64,000 bases of DNA from Eledone cirrhosa (taxonomy: Eukaryota), in the NCBI GenBank assembly GCA_964016885.1, contig OZ024740.1, positions 298,282,001 through 298,346,000 on the forward strand. Direction: 5' to 3'. Positions 24,380-37,937 of the stretch are shown here, piece after piece. Made by a program: the position numbers and the translations under genes. Numbering within the stretch: position 1 is the first letter of the stretch; the number at the start of each line of letters is the position of its first letter. The notes under the pieces were generated by a model, which made no database searches, was not told the origin of the DNA, and saw only the letters and a list, made by a program, of their open reading frames with translations.

Positions 24380-25560
24380 TTTTATTCACAGTTGTATAAA
24401 TAACAAATTCAAATTGTTTATAATTCTTACAGAATAAAAATAGAAACACGAATATAAACATATATAATAAATACAATTAATTATTGCTATGAACCTCACA
24501 AATATAATGGACAAAAATATGATAAAAGCGAAAGAAAAAATACAAAAAACAAAAAAACATCAATTCACCACCAAGTGCAACAATCGATCACACACCACAT
24601 GACAAGTGTCAACGGAAATTTTTGAGGCAAGCCAATACGTTCGCAGCATTACCGCGGGTGATGGCGAGGCTAAAGTGCTGAAACAACCAGGCACCAGGGC
24701 CGTCTTAACGCATGGGCACACTGGGCAGTTGCCCGGGGGCCCCACGAGGATAGAGGGCCCATTTATATTTTTATTCCTGTGAGTGGTTGTGTAGGTAGGG
24801 GCCCCAGTGCTCTGCTTTGCCCGGAGGCCTATAATGCTGTTAAGACGGCCCTGCCAGGCACCCTCACGGGCATCACCTGACACCTCGGTAAGACAAGCCG
24901 CCAGTGATAACAAGAACTTCGCTGCCAAATGCTCAACTCCACCAAACGTCTCGAACGTCACGGGCTGGAAAAAATAGTTATTTGATAGTTGTCGGTATTT
25001 TAGGATTTTATTCTGTTCACAATGGAAGCAGTGTCCCTCACATTTACCGCGGTATCAATGATGTGGGAGGAAGCAAAAGAGTCACTGACTGTGGCGTCCC
25101 AGATGAGACAATTACCTCTTATCCAGGAACAAAGAGTAAGACCATCCGGTTTCTTACCATCGATTCTAGATAATCCAGCCGGCTCCAGAGCTGAGGGCAT
25201 ATTTACTGGAGCCAGAGTCCGTTTAATGATCAGGTTTAGCTTGATGTGGCGGGCGAAACGACCAGCATTTAGGCGGAAGGACAAACCATGTAGGCCTGTG
25301 GAGTCTAGCGTCCTGCCACAGCGACATCTCAGACTTCCACATACATCGGCTCCCACTCGGAGTGCAATGGGGATGTAGAGACCACCAATGTTGGCCACAG
25401 GCAGGGCATCGACACAGTCCCCCTAGAACTTTACGCTTGCAGAAAGTAAGCGATACCTTGAAAATTGATCAGATTGATCAAAGAGGGAGTCACTTGGATG
25501 ACGAATCTCTTGAGTTACGCAGACGGCTTATGGATTTGATGAATGTCCCAGAAGAAAGAA
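24380..25560 (-). mobile_element. CRE-like non-LTR retrotransposon (RLE endonuclease) 3' portion, decayed
   Basis: C-x-C...H.LS zinc knuckle, RH..LN.IIKR, EP.GL.R.DGK.PDGLTL..W..G..L.WD.T, F.P..FETFG, WLFQ.LSLAI.RGNA motifs, then a 3'UTR shared with other copies. Confidence 0.85.
24695..24853. mobile_element. hAT-type MITE inserted into a CRE-like element
   Basis: Perfect 15-bp TIR CAGGGCCGTCTTAAC/GTTAAGACGGCCCTG and perfect 8-bp TSD CCAGGCAC (24687-24694, 24854-24861). Confidence 0.9.
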
Positions 25561-25759
25561 TCCAAATGAATAGAAAGAGGATAAGGGGATGATAATTGAA
25601 ATTACAAAACAGATAGATGCTGTCATACAACACATTCATAACGCAAACTAGGAACCTCATCGGAGTTGTTGCATTGCTTGTAGAGGAGCATATGCGACTG
25701 ACGAATACTACGTAGAATAAGGCAAAAGAACCATCCTGGAAAAGATGCATTGAAAATGC

Positions 25760-26390
25760 CCACCTGCACCAGGCAAAGCTTACTCTACGCCAAACATATA
25801 TGCCTGTGGCCAGAAATTGAAAGCCGTGGATAAGTTTGTATATCTGTGGATATGACCTATATTCTGGATGAAGATATCTCCCTCCGAATCAAAACGTTAA
25901 GTGATGCATTTAGAAAACTGAATGGACGCCTATGGTCTCAGCTTCGTATTTCCATTGAGACAAAGTTAAAACTGTATAATGCTTGTGTTTTGTCCTCTTT
26001 GTTGTATGTATCTGAGACTTGGGTCACTTACCGAAAGCATCTCAAAAGGTTGGAACACTTTTACCAACAGTGTCTTCCACGTATACAGGGCTTTCGCTGG
26101 AAATGTACGTGAGTATCACTGAAGTCTGCGATCGCAATCGCTATACCAGTATTCGCAATCGCTCTACCAGTATAGTCTCTCATATTTCAGCATCGATTAA
26201 GATGGGGTAGTCATGTAGTGAGAATGGACGATGATCGCATCCCTAAGCAGTTCCTGTATGGTGAGCTGGTCGAAGGTAAACGACCAGTGCGCAAACCAAA
26301 ATTGAGGTACAGGGATGAAAATATCGGAGAATGACTGGGCGAACCTCACTCTACATCGACTTTCCTGGAGGAAGGCAATGCATGATGGGA
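25760..26390 (+). mobile_element. RTE-clade (BovB-like) LINE ORF2 C-terminal relic
   Basis: ISLRIK..S.AF.KL..RLW; TKLKLYNACVLSSLLY.SETW; RLRW.SHV.RMDD.R.PKQ.LYGEL..G.R....PK.RY.D across frameshifts. Confidence 0.85.
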
Positions 26391-26944
26391 GGCGAGAATT
26401 TGAAAGCAACCGTGTTCAGCTCTCGAGTGCAACTAGTAACATGTAACCCAGTACAACCTGTCTCATGGTCGGGTTGTCGGCGACTAAACCAGGTACCCCA
26501 CCAAGCTTGCTGAGTGAGGAGGGTGATATTTGGACACCCTGCAGGATGAAATCCAAAACCCGGCAAATGGCGGAGGAACTCAGCAGAGCCAACGGCCATC
26601 CAAATAGTACTTTTTTTTTTTTACCTGGGAGTGAAAGACCCTCAATTGTTGTTACAACACTTTTTTAAGAGAGGGAAACTGAAAAAAAACAAAAAAACCC
26701 TACGGCTTCGGAAGCATCCGATGATGTTGACCAGTTCTCCTTTTGGGGTAGTGTTTTCGACGCTCAGAGAGTGAGATTGGTCGAGTGCAAGGCCTTTCCC
26801 CACTTTAAAAAAAACCTTCAAACCACATGCATTGCTTGTTCAGGATATGTTACAGGTTTGTGTGGCTGGCCGTAGCCTAAAAGTGCACCATTTTCTGTAA
26901 TCTGAAAAGCGATTGCAATACCTTAGTAGTGTTTGCAGCCATCA

Positions 26945-27198
26945 TGTATGTATGTATGTATGTATGTATGTATGTATGTATGTATGTATGTATGTATGTA
27001 TGTATGTATGCTTGCGTGTATGTATGTATGTATGTATATATGTATGCTTGCGTGTATGTATGTAAAAGTACAGGTATGTCTCATGTGTGGCGTGTGTCCT
27101 TGTTTTATGCATGTCTCCAATAAGGATCAGCAAATGTTAACAGGTGGTAGGTAGCACGACACTAAACGGTAGTCAAAAATAACACACACACACACACA

Positions 27199-27264
<66 letters not shown>

Positions 27265-27846
27265 ACAACATAATAATAGTAATAATGCTAATAAACAATA
27301 ACAACACAAACAACGAAACAAAGATCAAAGCAAATAAAAAAAATACGTACACAGCATCAAATGTTACCCCACCACCACCCCACTAAAATAACTCAAAACA
27401 AAGTCCCTCACCCCACACACGCCCTCACCAACAAACAAAACAAAAGACGGGGGAAGAGAGGAGGAGAAAATAAAAATAAACACGAAATAAAACAAAACAA
27501 TAGATTTTTTTTGTGAGTATTTTATCTGCAGCCAATTGTTCTGTACATGCTGCTGCTGTTACTATTACGGCTATTACTGTTAATGTTGTTGTGGTTGTAG
27601 GTTAATGGTCAATGTTACCTGCTCTAGTAATCAGACAAATTAACTATTACGAGACATCGTCTCAACCGTACTTGCCAAGTTTAACGGTCGAGAGAGGAAA
27701 TATTGAGATGCCGATTGGACTAAAGTATATTTTACTCTGTGAACATTAACACACTCTGGTAAAGTGAACTTTCATCTTTTCATTCTGCTAGCCTCAATAT
27801 GTTAGTTCTTGTTAATTTTTCATACATCAGAAAACTTCATTCTTTT

Positions 27847-27885
<39 letters not shown>

Positions 27886-27921
27886 ATGTGCACACACATC
27901 TCTCTCTCTCATATATATATG

Positions 27922-28020
<99 letters not shown>

Positions 28021-28060
28021 ATATATATATATATGTATATGTATATATATGTATGTATAT

Positions 28061-28123
<63 letters not shown>

Positions 28124-28190
28124 CATATATATACATACATATATATACATATATATATTCATATACATATATATATATATATGTGTATAC

Positions 28191-28254
<64 letters not shown>

Positions 28255-28338
28255 TATACATACATTCATAGACTATTTTCTCAAGCATTGAGTACTTAGC
28301 TGAACATGATCTTACTAATCTAAACTAAGTAACTCCTC

Positions 28339-28399
<61 letters not shown>

Positions 28400-28479
28400 T
28401 CTCTCCCTCGATATATATATAGCAACAAGGGCGGTGCCCCAGCATGGCCTCAGCCGGATGGCTGAAACAGGTAAAAGAG

Positions 28480-28545
<66 letters not shown>
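26945..28545. repeat. Microsatellite block: (TATG)n, (CA)n, (TTTC)n, (TA)n, (CT)n, (TG)n
   Basis: Directly visible simple repeats. They explain the YI/CV/HT low-complexity ORFs in the track. Confidence 0.97.
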
Positions 28546-28546
<1 letters not shown>

Positions 28547-28765
28547 AACCACAAAATCTCAATTCTACTTTTGAAAAGCACAAGAACTGCGAAACCGGTA
28601 AAAAGACTCCAGTTGCATTTTCGAGTTCATCTTTTTTTCCTTATACTTTCACTCGTGTAAGACATCTCGTTTTCTAATATATATATATGGCAGCGATAAT
28701 GAGGGACAGAGACCGCTGGAGAGAACTCGTCCATGGATCTCGGGAATTTTACCCGCCTTAGAATA

Positions 28766-28823
<58 letters not shown>

Positions 28824-29786
28824 GGGGGAGTATGTGTGTGTGAGACAGAGCGAGAGACAGGGGGAGAGACAGTGAGAGAAAGTGGGGAGTGAGATGACTC
28901 AGTCGGTGGACAATTTCTTGGAACAATAGTTGCACCTTTTCTGCATATATATATATATATTATCTGAATCACAACGCTTATATTCAGTGTGTCTGTATAT
29001 GTGTGTGTGCATGTGTGTGTGTTCTGTATTTTGTTTCGTAACGTTGTTCAACAAATCAATATCGAAAAAATAATATATGTACTGGGTTCGATAAAACCCC
29101 GATACTTTTTAAGACGTTGCCCCTGTATGACTGCAGAACAGGCGAATGACTAATCTGCAGTCATACAGTTAGTGAAAGATCTGATTAATTTTTATGGTTT
29201 TGTAAATTTGTTCTATTGGTTGTATGTGTATGAAAGTAAAATATCATAGCACCTTATCACTGTTTAACATGAACAGCATGTAATTAGATCCCTCGTGTTT
29301 GCTCGAAATGCTAGGCCTTACTCTCATTAAGGATCTCTCATGGCAACAGCACATCTGTAGCGAAATCTCTTCGGACATACTAACCCTCGAATGACATCTA
29401 GCTGCCATTTCTCTTTATCTCGGGTTGGCAACCAGTGGTCTGGAGAGGCTGGTCAACTTGAGGTTAAGTGAGATAAGTTTTTCTTTGGGTCATTCCACTC
29501 TGATTCCTCGAAAGAGAAGGATCTCTTCGAGTTGTTCAAGCAAGTAGCGAGATGTAGAACTTAACATTTCTGTTCTTCACTGGAAGAAATTTATTGTATG
29601 ATAGATGAAGTGAGAAAAAGATAAAGAGGAAGAATCGACCCCAGTACTTGCCAAGTACTTTTTTTGTTATTATACATGACAAAACAGGTATATTACAAGA
29701 AATCCAATGGGTTGGGTCTCAATATGGGGTAATAGCTGGCCTTGTGCCAAAAGTAGAAATAATTATATAACTAAATATGCATTTAA

Positions 29787-29843
<57 letters not shown>

Positions 29844-29845
<2 letters not shown>

Positions 29846-30301
29846 CTAACCGAATTACCCGCGCCTTGCTGCGTTTCACACATTTTTTTTTTTTGTAAGA
29901 AAATGATGATTGATTTTAAATCAGTGATATAATTTATGGAGAAAAACTCTATATTTCAATATTACTCAATGTAAAATGTAATGCATGAAAAATTGGAAAA
30001 CATTATTTTTTCTAATATATCAAATCAAAATTACATTATTAAATCTTATTCTTATTTTGTTTCTTGTAAATAATTCTTTTCAAAATATCAATTCAAAATT
30101 TTTGTGAATGGGCATCATATCTTGTCATTTACCCATGGTTTAAATTTCATATAAATCGAAGGGGAAAAAACTTTCAGCGGGGGTTTTGTGCCCCCGGGAA
30201 CCCTTTGATTAAAATGAAATATACTTATCCAAGTACCCTGGGTAATGTAGTTTCAGAATATATAGGAGTAGTTCGTGAACAAACAAGCAGACAGGAATAC
30301 A

Positions 30302-30306
<5 letters not shown>
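29844..30306. mobile_element. Non-autonomous Helitron/Helentron-like element in a (TA)n tract
   Basis: TACTAA..ACCCGCGC.TTGCTGCG start and ...AACTTTATATA end, a pattern typical of HINE-like elements. No coding evidence. Confidence 0.45.
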
Positions 30307-30389
<83 letters not shown>

Positions 30390-30397
30390 TATATATA
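30306..30397. repeat. (TA)n microsatellite
   Basis: Directly visible. Confidence 0.97.
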
Positions 30398-30449
30398 AGG
30401 GCGATGCCACAACATGGCCTCAGCCGGAGAGCTGGAACAGGTAAAAGAG

Positions 30450-30480
<31 letters not shown>

Positions 30481-30595
30481 TGACGAGGTTATAGTAAGTA
30501 TACGCCATAAACCCGTTTGCTCACAATTACTCACCAAATGAGATATGGTTTGAACGTATGTCGAGCAAAACCTGTCTCAGAGTGCTAACCAAGTG

Positions 30596-30626
<31 letters not shown>

Positions 30627-31224
30627 TTATACATGTGTGTGTGTGGGGGGGGGGTGCGTGTGTGTGCGTATGTGTAAGTCTGTGTATGTCATGTCACCTA
30701 AATAAGACCTAGCCCGAAGCATTGGTTCAGATTTCACATAAGTAAACAATGAGCTGAACTTTCGAGTATTAGAAACAGGGCTTGGGAAAGAGAGAAAGGG
30801 GCGAGAGAGAAGGGGTGTAATAGCAGTTATGACAATGAATTATTATTATTAATAATGGTTTGTACTTTAGGCACAAGGCCAGCCATTTGAAGGGAAGAGG
30901 AAAGTCGATTAAATGGACCCCAATGCATTACTGGTGCTCTATTTTATCGACCTCGTAAGGATGAAAAGCAAAACTAACCTCAACAGGATTTGAACTCATA
31001 TCGTAAAGGGCCGTAACTCTATGCCGTAAAGCATATTGTCCGACGCTCTACCGACGATGTCAATTAACATCAGTAACAACATGAATGATGTAGAAATATG
31101 TCTAAATAATGCCCTACTCCCTTAGATGATCTGAGACACAAACATATATCCACTTACACAGATTTTCTAATTCGCATACATTTAAGGAATATATTCAAAA
31201 ACAGAACATACACACACATTCCTT

Positions 31225-31545
31225 TTCCTGTCAAGTAGTCAGTGCCAACATGTGCATTGAAGTCTCCCGTCAGGATATATGACTCAGTCTTAACTACATC
31301 TAATACTGCAGTGACTTCATCAAGGAAGGACCTATATTTGGACTCTTTGTTTGGGGCATAAACATGCACCACCCACAGAGACCTATCTTCAAGAGGCAGA
31401 TCCTCCCTCCTAATGGCATCCAGTCCATAACACATTCTAACAGCCCGGGGCTTGTGAGTATCCCCAATCTCGTCCGTGCAGTCATTTCTGGTGCCACACC
31501 TGAATAGTGGAGTTTCCATCTTCCATCCAAATCTACAATATCAGA
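31225..31545 (-). mobile_element. LINE APE-endonuclease fragment
   Basis: WKLHYSG...; VHVYAPN...FLDEV...ILTGDFNAHVG motifs. Confidence 0.8.
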
Positions 31546-32939
31546 GCCACTTCACCTAAATGAATATTACAGCTCTCATAAAAGGACAGGAAAATAGATT
31601 GGACCAAATGATTTAAGAGAGAGAAAGCAAAATAAGCCAAAAAAGGCGGAGTGGGAGAAAGGAAGATTAGCTATCATACAATCTAATGAATGAGTTTCAT
31701 ATTTAACAAAAAAAGTATATGTATTAGCCAAAGTTAATGTTTGATGTGACTTGTTGCACACATTCAACTTCGACTGATATCTTTATCGTTATAGTTAGTC
31801 AATCTATTTTTACATCCTACTTATTTGTAAACATTGACAAATAATTATGCTATGTCCCCGTGATAAGAGATTGTGTAAACATGCTATTATATCTGGTGAA
31901 ATTTAGTAATTTGCCTGGGGCGTTTCGTAATTTGAAATTTCCTATCTAAGTGTGTCAGGTGATGTCCGTGAGGGTGCCTGGTTATTTCAACATCTTAGCC
32001 TCGCCATCACCCGTAGTAATGTTGCAAGTGTATTGGCTTACTAAAATAAATTCCGTTGGCCCTTGTGATGTGCGGCCGATTGTCGCACTTGGTGGTGAAT
32101 AAACAAATAAAAATGAAATAAAATAAATATGCAAATTATATTCTAGATATAAGAGGTAATGAATCACCACCTGCTTACGGACAACTGACGCTGCACACCA
32201 GGTCCGAACACAGAAGAGCCGAACTCCCATTGTCATCGCCGCCATCTCTCTGGCCCTCCCCATCTTTCTCTATTATGAGCAAATGGGGTCCCACGTACTG
32301 GCCGCCCCACGACCTCAGCGGACAGAATGGCGAAGGCGTTTCCCCTGAGGATAGTAAGGTAGATACTCTAGAAGAGTCATTCTATCTTGCGAGGTTCACA
32401 CCTGCGGCTAGCTAGCTCAGCGCTTATGGTGGTAAGAATGGAGGGCCAAGGACACCAGAAGTCACCACTGCTAGGGTGGTGGTTTTTGTTTTGGTTTCCT
32501 CGCTCTGGTCATATATATATATATTGGTGCGTTGTATATAGTTAGTTATGTTTATTATAAGTGTTTATATTTGTGTCTATAATTTCATTCTTAAAGAATT
32601 GTGAGCTATTTGTAATGTTATTTATGTATATATTTCAAACATAATACAATCTATAATAATAATCTAGCTTGAATGGAGATAGTATTCGTCATACTGACCC
32701 GCTCAATATAGACTACACGAAAACATATCTTCAGTACATTAAGAACCACCCTAATGGTTTATGGAGTACTCTCGGGTCTCGAATGATCCCCCACCCTCCG
32801 CTTATTCATTTTTCAGAACAGATTTTTTTGGGGTCTTATTATATTTCATTAAAACCGTGTATAATGACGCAAAAATATAAAATCATGAACAAAAATGATA
32901 AAGGAAAGAAAGAAGGAAAAAAAAGGGGGGGGGGGGGCA

Positions 32940-33245
32940 ATTCACCACCAAGCGCGACAATCGGCAACACCTCATACCTTGGGGGTTAATTGTATACTTT
33001 CAGGTAAGCCAACACGCTCACAGCATTACCACGGGTTATGGCGAGGCTAAGGTGCTGAAATAACCAGGCACCCTCATGGGCATCACCTGTCACCCCAGTA
33101 AGGCGAGCTGCCAGTGAAGACAAGAACTTCTCTGTCAGCGGCCCAACTCCACCGAACGTCTCGAACGCCACAGGCTGAAAAAAATAATTGTTTGATAAGT
33201 CCTGGTATTTCCGTTCGGCAGTGGAAGATAGTGACTCCCCGCATT
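32940..33245 (-). mobile_element. CRE-like RLE 3' fragment (related pieces at 31950-32100, 32340-32470, 46010-46340, 48105-48285, 53540-53765, 57960-58140, 63005-63170)
   Basis: AERKYQDLSNNYFFQPVAFETFGGVG...EGAWLFQHLSLAITRGNA. Confidence 0.8.
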
Positions 33246-33399
33246 CACCACGCCCATTCACCACAACCCTCCGCTTATTAAATTTTGCTAATCTCCGGCG
33301 AAAATGTTCTTAATACATTAAAAAACAACAACACATTATGCATGATCCAAAAAGTACATTACTAGAAATCTCATACGTTATAAATGGATGTTATGCAAC

Positions 33400-33860
33400 T
33401 ATCTTGCTTAGGGTCTACCTCTAGGTCTCTTGCCGTTTGGTTTTGCCTGTAAAATGTGCCCAGCGATTCTTTACTGAGACATTCTAACCACATGCTCATA
33501 ATATCGGAGTTGTGATCTCTCAATTCGGAGAAGTGCGACTCTACCAGGAGTGACTCCAAAGACTCTTCGGAGGAATCCCATTTCTGCCGCTTTTATTTGC
33601 AATTGTATTCTTTTGGTTATTACTCAAGATTCATGATCCTCGGTAAGAGTTGGCAGGAATATCAGGGAGACAACGAGTTTGGCTTTTACACCTACTCCCT
33701 TCATCTGATTGCTGAATGCTGAGGCTGGCGCATTACTGCATCAGCTTTTGCAGTTCTTGCACTTAATTCAGCCTCCTGCATTCCATCACTCATGAACACG
33801 ACTCCAAGATACTTGAACTTTTCTAACTGCTTCAGTAGAACTCCATTCACATGTATATAA
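33400..33860 (-). mobile_element. RTE-type LINE 3' relic (related pieces 40530-40830, 51700-51880, 58320-58620)
   Basis: QLEKFKYLGV...; QMKGVGVK.K; LLVE...LR...H...M; RG.PK..W motifs across frameshifts. Confidence 0.7.
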
Positions 33861-34049
33861 ATTTGAGGGACTACTGTTCACCCGTCCATCTCACAATATG
33901 TGTGTGTTTGTGTGTGTAAAACGAAGGAAAGGGATACACACATATATGTCTCTAACTTAAAAACAGTGACACGCACACACGTGTCTCTAGTTTAAGAACG
34001 CCGACAAACTCATGCGCGCGCACATACACACATTGTCCTATTACCACTT

Positions 34050-34490
34050 AAGAACGTTGGCTCGGGCTAACATCCCCTCAATTTTGGAACCGTCTGGGTT
34101 GTCCAGAATTGATGGGAAAAGACTTGACGGTCTTACTCTGTGCTCCTGGTCAAGAGGCAGGTGCCTTACCTGGGACATCACAGTTAGTGACTCTTTTGCT
34201 TCTTCCCACATTCTGGATGCAGTGGTAAGGGCGAGAGCTACAGCATCCGCAGCTGAACGGAACAAAAATCCTAAAATACCGTGTTCTGTCAGCTAACTAT
34301 ATTATCCAGCCTGTGGCGTTCGAGACGTTTGGGGAAGTCGGGCGACTGACAGCGAGGTTCTTATCTTCACTGGGGGCTCGACAAACAAAGGTAACTGGTG
34401 ATGCTCGTGAAGACACTTGGTTGTTCAAGCACCTCAGCCTCGCCATCACCCCAGGTAACGCTGCAAGCATGCTGGCTTGCTTCAAACATT
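34050..34490 (+). mobile_element. CRE-like RLE retrotransposon 3' fragment
   Basis: LEPSGLSRIDGKRLDGLTLCSW..G.CLTWD.T...AE..K; FETFGEVG; WLFKHLSLAITPGNA. Confidence 0.85.
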
Positions 34491-35975
34491 ATTAGAGAGG
34501 TTTCCCAGTGCTCCTCGCTATATTGTTATCTTTTGCTCTGGTAGCGTCTCGTTTGTCCACCCCTTTCGCCTGCCTTTTGTTGATGTGGATATTACGTGCT
34601 TGTGTATTTTTTTCTTTCTTTTTTTTCCTTTCCCTTTCCTTTGTATATATTATATTTGTTAGTGTTTTCGTTCTGTAACCTTTATATTAAATTTTTATAC
34701 AAATGAGTTTAAAAAAAGAGTTTAACTGTGTTGTTAATAAATAAATAAAACATTATACTTGTATTACCCTCCCATTTCCAATTCACTGAACGCTGTTATC
34801 ATGACTGTATGTGTGCGTTTGTGTCATTTGTGTAAATGCTTGAAAGTATGTGTATTTATGTGAATGTATGTCTGTGAGCGTTTATTTTTATAAGTTTGTG
34901 TTTGCGCGCTTATAGTTACAATATATATCTTTCTCGCTCTAGCAATTTTATAAAATCAAAGAACAACAACACATACGCACACACAGCGTGTTGAAAAAAA
35001 TCCAAATCGTTTCATCTTTCTTATTCACTCTCTCTCTCTATATATATATAGTATAGATATACCGGAAGTATTGAAATTTGAATTTTTTTAAAGAAGTGAG
35101 TCTTTAACTATGCAATAATATTTTTAATATATGTTTAATCATTTGTTACGAAATTTAGTAGATAAATTATGTAATATTCATTCATTATTTATTCAAAGTT
35201 ATAGATAAAGTACCAGTAATGCATTGGGTAATTGCTGGCCTTGTGCCAAAAGTAGAAACAATTATTTATTCAAAGTTAACTTTGCCTTTCATCCTTACGG
35301 GGTCGATAAAATAAAGTACCAGTAATGCACTGAGTAATTGCTGGCCTTGTGCCAAAAGTAGAAACAATTATTTATTCAAAGTAATCCAACTTATTTTACA
35401 AACTGGACAAAAAATTATATTCTGTATGCAGTCCCGCACTCCTTTCTTTATTATTGTTAAGATATAGGTGTAATGGACAAATGTCATGGTCTTTTTTATA
35501 AGTCTTTGTTGCGTTGTCTATATGATGAAGGACATACAGAAACACACACACACACACACACACATATTATCCCCAAACGTGTTGACAGACTTGCACTTAA
35601 TATGAAAGAGATAAATATTAATAATGTTATTTAATATATTTTATACATGGGTTCCCTGGGATATTCAAACTGTTTCAAGGGTTCTACAAGGGCAAAAAGA
35701 TTGAGAAACGATGCTCTAAAGACTTAAAAAATGATATAGCGCCCAGGACACGTTCACTTTAGAGGACTACAGGGGAGGGGGGAGGGGGGGGGGGGCTTCC
35801 AGAAGTGGCTGGAGTGCTACAGCAAGTGCATCGAAGTCGGGGAGACTAGAGTTTTGTCTTGAACTGAGTTAAATAAATTTCTCTCTGATAAAAGTCTGAA
35901 AACCTCTTCAGTGTACCTTGTACATTCGAAACTTTTCGAAAATATAGAAAAAAAAAATTTAAGAAAAGCTTTGGT

Positions 35976-36076
35976 TGCCCCAGGTGAGGGTCGAACTCAC
36001 AACCTCCGCATTTCTAATGCTGTGCGCCAATCGCTGTCTATAAGTACGGCGCGCTAACCGATTGCGCCACTGGGGC
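35976..36076 (-). tRNA. tRNA-Ile(UAU) with 27-nt intron, array copy 1
   Basis: GCCCCAG TG GCGC AATCGGTTA GCGC G CCGTA CT TAT A [GACAGCGATTGGCGCACAGCATTAGAA] A TGCGG AGGTT GTGAG TTCGACC CTCAC CTGGGGC A. Canonical 37/38 intron, C32:G anticodon-intron pair, T-run terminator. Confidence 0.95.
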
Positions 36077-36522
36077 TCCTGCAGATCTGAATTACAAAAA
36101 TCGTTTTATCCACAGAAATGTTTTCCTTTGTTTGATTTATTTCATATTTAGTGATATTTCAAAAAACAATTACATCTCTAGGGGAGCTGTGCCGCAGACA
36201 CCGAGCCGAGGTTATTGTCATTGTTGACTGTTCCCCTTACCAATGTATCAGGTGTTTTTGATGGCCCTCAGGGCTCTGCTATCGATCCTCTTTGCCAGGG
36301 TCTGTGTGAGGGGCCACGTGTCTGCTCAATAGAGGAGAACAGCGATGGCCGATGCGTTGTAAATACGGAGCTTCGAATTCTGGGAGATTGAGCAATGGAG
36401 TGCCTAAAACAATATTAGAGAGAAATTCCAGCGCCCCGTGTCATAGCGTGAGTGGGTGTGAGGTCCTCTCCCACTTTTATTTCTTATTCTTCTTTCGAAA
36501 CTAAAGAAAAAAAATCTGTGGC

Positions 36523-36623
36523 TGCCCCAGGTGAGGATCGAACTCACAACCTCCGCATTTCTAATGTTATGCGCCAATCGCTGTCTATAAGTACGGCGCG
36601 CTAACCGATTGCGCCACTGGGGC
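36523..36623 (-). tRNA. tRNA-Ile(UAU) with intron, array copy 2
   Basis: Intact cloverleaf, same intron position and length as copy 1. Confidence 0.93.
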
Positions 36624-36844
36624 TCCGCTTCAATGTCTCTCTAATATTATTTTAGACACACCACTGGCAGGTTTACCGCGATTGACAGTGAGACTAAGAT
36701 GTTAGGATAATCAAGCCTCCACGTGGGAATCACCTGATACATTGGTAAGGTAAACAGCCAACAATGACAAGAACCTCGTTATCTGCGGCACAGCTCCTCC
36801 CAGAGGCACCGTAATTCTTTTTTTGAAACATCACTAAATATGAA

Positions 36845-37135
36845 ATGAATGGACATCCTCCCTCCAGTACAGACTTAATCTCATGTGACTTCTGGATGTT
36901 CCCGAAGCTGAAGGTGAAACTCAGTGGTATCCATTTTGGGGGTGTGGAGGAGTTGAAGGAGACTGTGACAAACATCCTGGATACCTTCAAATTGGAGGAC
37001 TTTAAGTGGGTCTTCCAGAAGTGGCTGGAGTGCTAAAACAAATGTATTGAAGTTGGGGGAGACTAGGGTTTTGCGTTGATCTGAGTTGAATAAGTGCCTC
37101 TCTGATAAAAGTCTGAAAACCTCTTGAGTGTACCT
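36845..37135 (+). mobile_element. Mariner transposase 3' fragment within the tRNA array spacer (related pieces 35795-35920, 38870-39100)
   Basis: HPPSSTDLISCDFWMFPKLK motif; ...KWLEC.KCIEVGG C-terminus. Confidence 0.8.
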
Positions 37136-37195
37136 CTTTACATTCGAAACCTTTCGAAAATATATTTTTTTTTTAAATGAAAAAAAATCTGTGCC

Positions 37196-37296
37196 TGCCC
37201 CAGGTGAGGATCGAACTCACAACCTCCGCATTTCTAATGCTGTGCGCCAATCGCTGTCTATAAGTACGGCACGCTAACCGATTGCGCCACTGGGGC
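37196..37296 (-). tRNA. tRNA-Ile(UAU) with intron, array copy 3
   Basis: Intact. One D-stem G:C changed to G:U. Confidence 0.9.
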
Positions 37297-37836
37297 TCCT
37301 GCAGATCTGAATTACAAAAATCGTTTTATCCACAGAAATGTTTTCCTTTGTTTGATTTATTTCATATTTAGTGATATTTCAAGAAACAATTACGACATCT
37401 CTGGAGGAGCTGTGCCGCAGAAACCGAGGTTGTTGTTATTGTTGGCTGCTCCCCTTACCAATGTATCAGGTGTTTTGATGGTCCTCAGGGCTCTGCTATC
37501 GATACTGTCGATCCTCATTGCCAGGGTTTTTCTGAGGGGCCACGTTTCTGCTCAATAGAGGAGAACGGAGATGGCCGATGCGTTGTAAATACGGAGCTTC
37601 GTATTCTGGGAGATTGAGCAATGGAGTGCCTAAAACAATATTAGAGAGACATTCCAGTGCCGCGTGTCATAGCGTGAGTGGGTGTGGGATGCTCACCCAC
37701 TCTTCTCCTCCTCCTCCTCCTCCTCTTTGTGGAACCTCTTACGACCAGAGACCTCTATTTCGTACAGCCCCAAGCCCTATCCCACTTTTATTTCTTATTC
37801 TTCTTTCGAAAGTAAAAAAAAAAAAAAATCTGTGCC

Positions 37837-37937
37837 TGCCCCAGGTGAGGATCGAACTCACAACCTCCGCATTCCTAATGTTATGCGCCAATTGCTGTCT
37901 ATAAGTACGGCGCGCTAACCAATTGCGCCACTGGGGC
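37837..37937 (-). tRNA. tRNA-Ile(UAU) with intron, array copy 4
   Basis: Intact stems. D-loop C->T plus intron substitutions. Confidence 0.9.

Noticed and set aside
26400-26900. GC-rich segment after the RTE relic, considered as an HDV-like ribozyme or ncRNA
   Set aside because: I could not build the nested double pseudoknot by eye. Most likely a LINE UTR fragment.
26923-30541. Many 60-166 aa ORFs rich in YI/CV/HT/RE dipeptides
   Set aside because: Translations of microsatellites.
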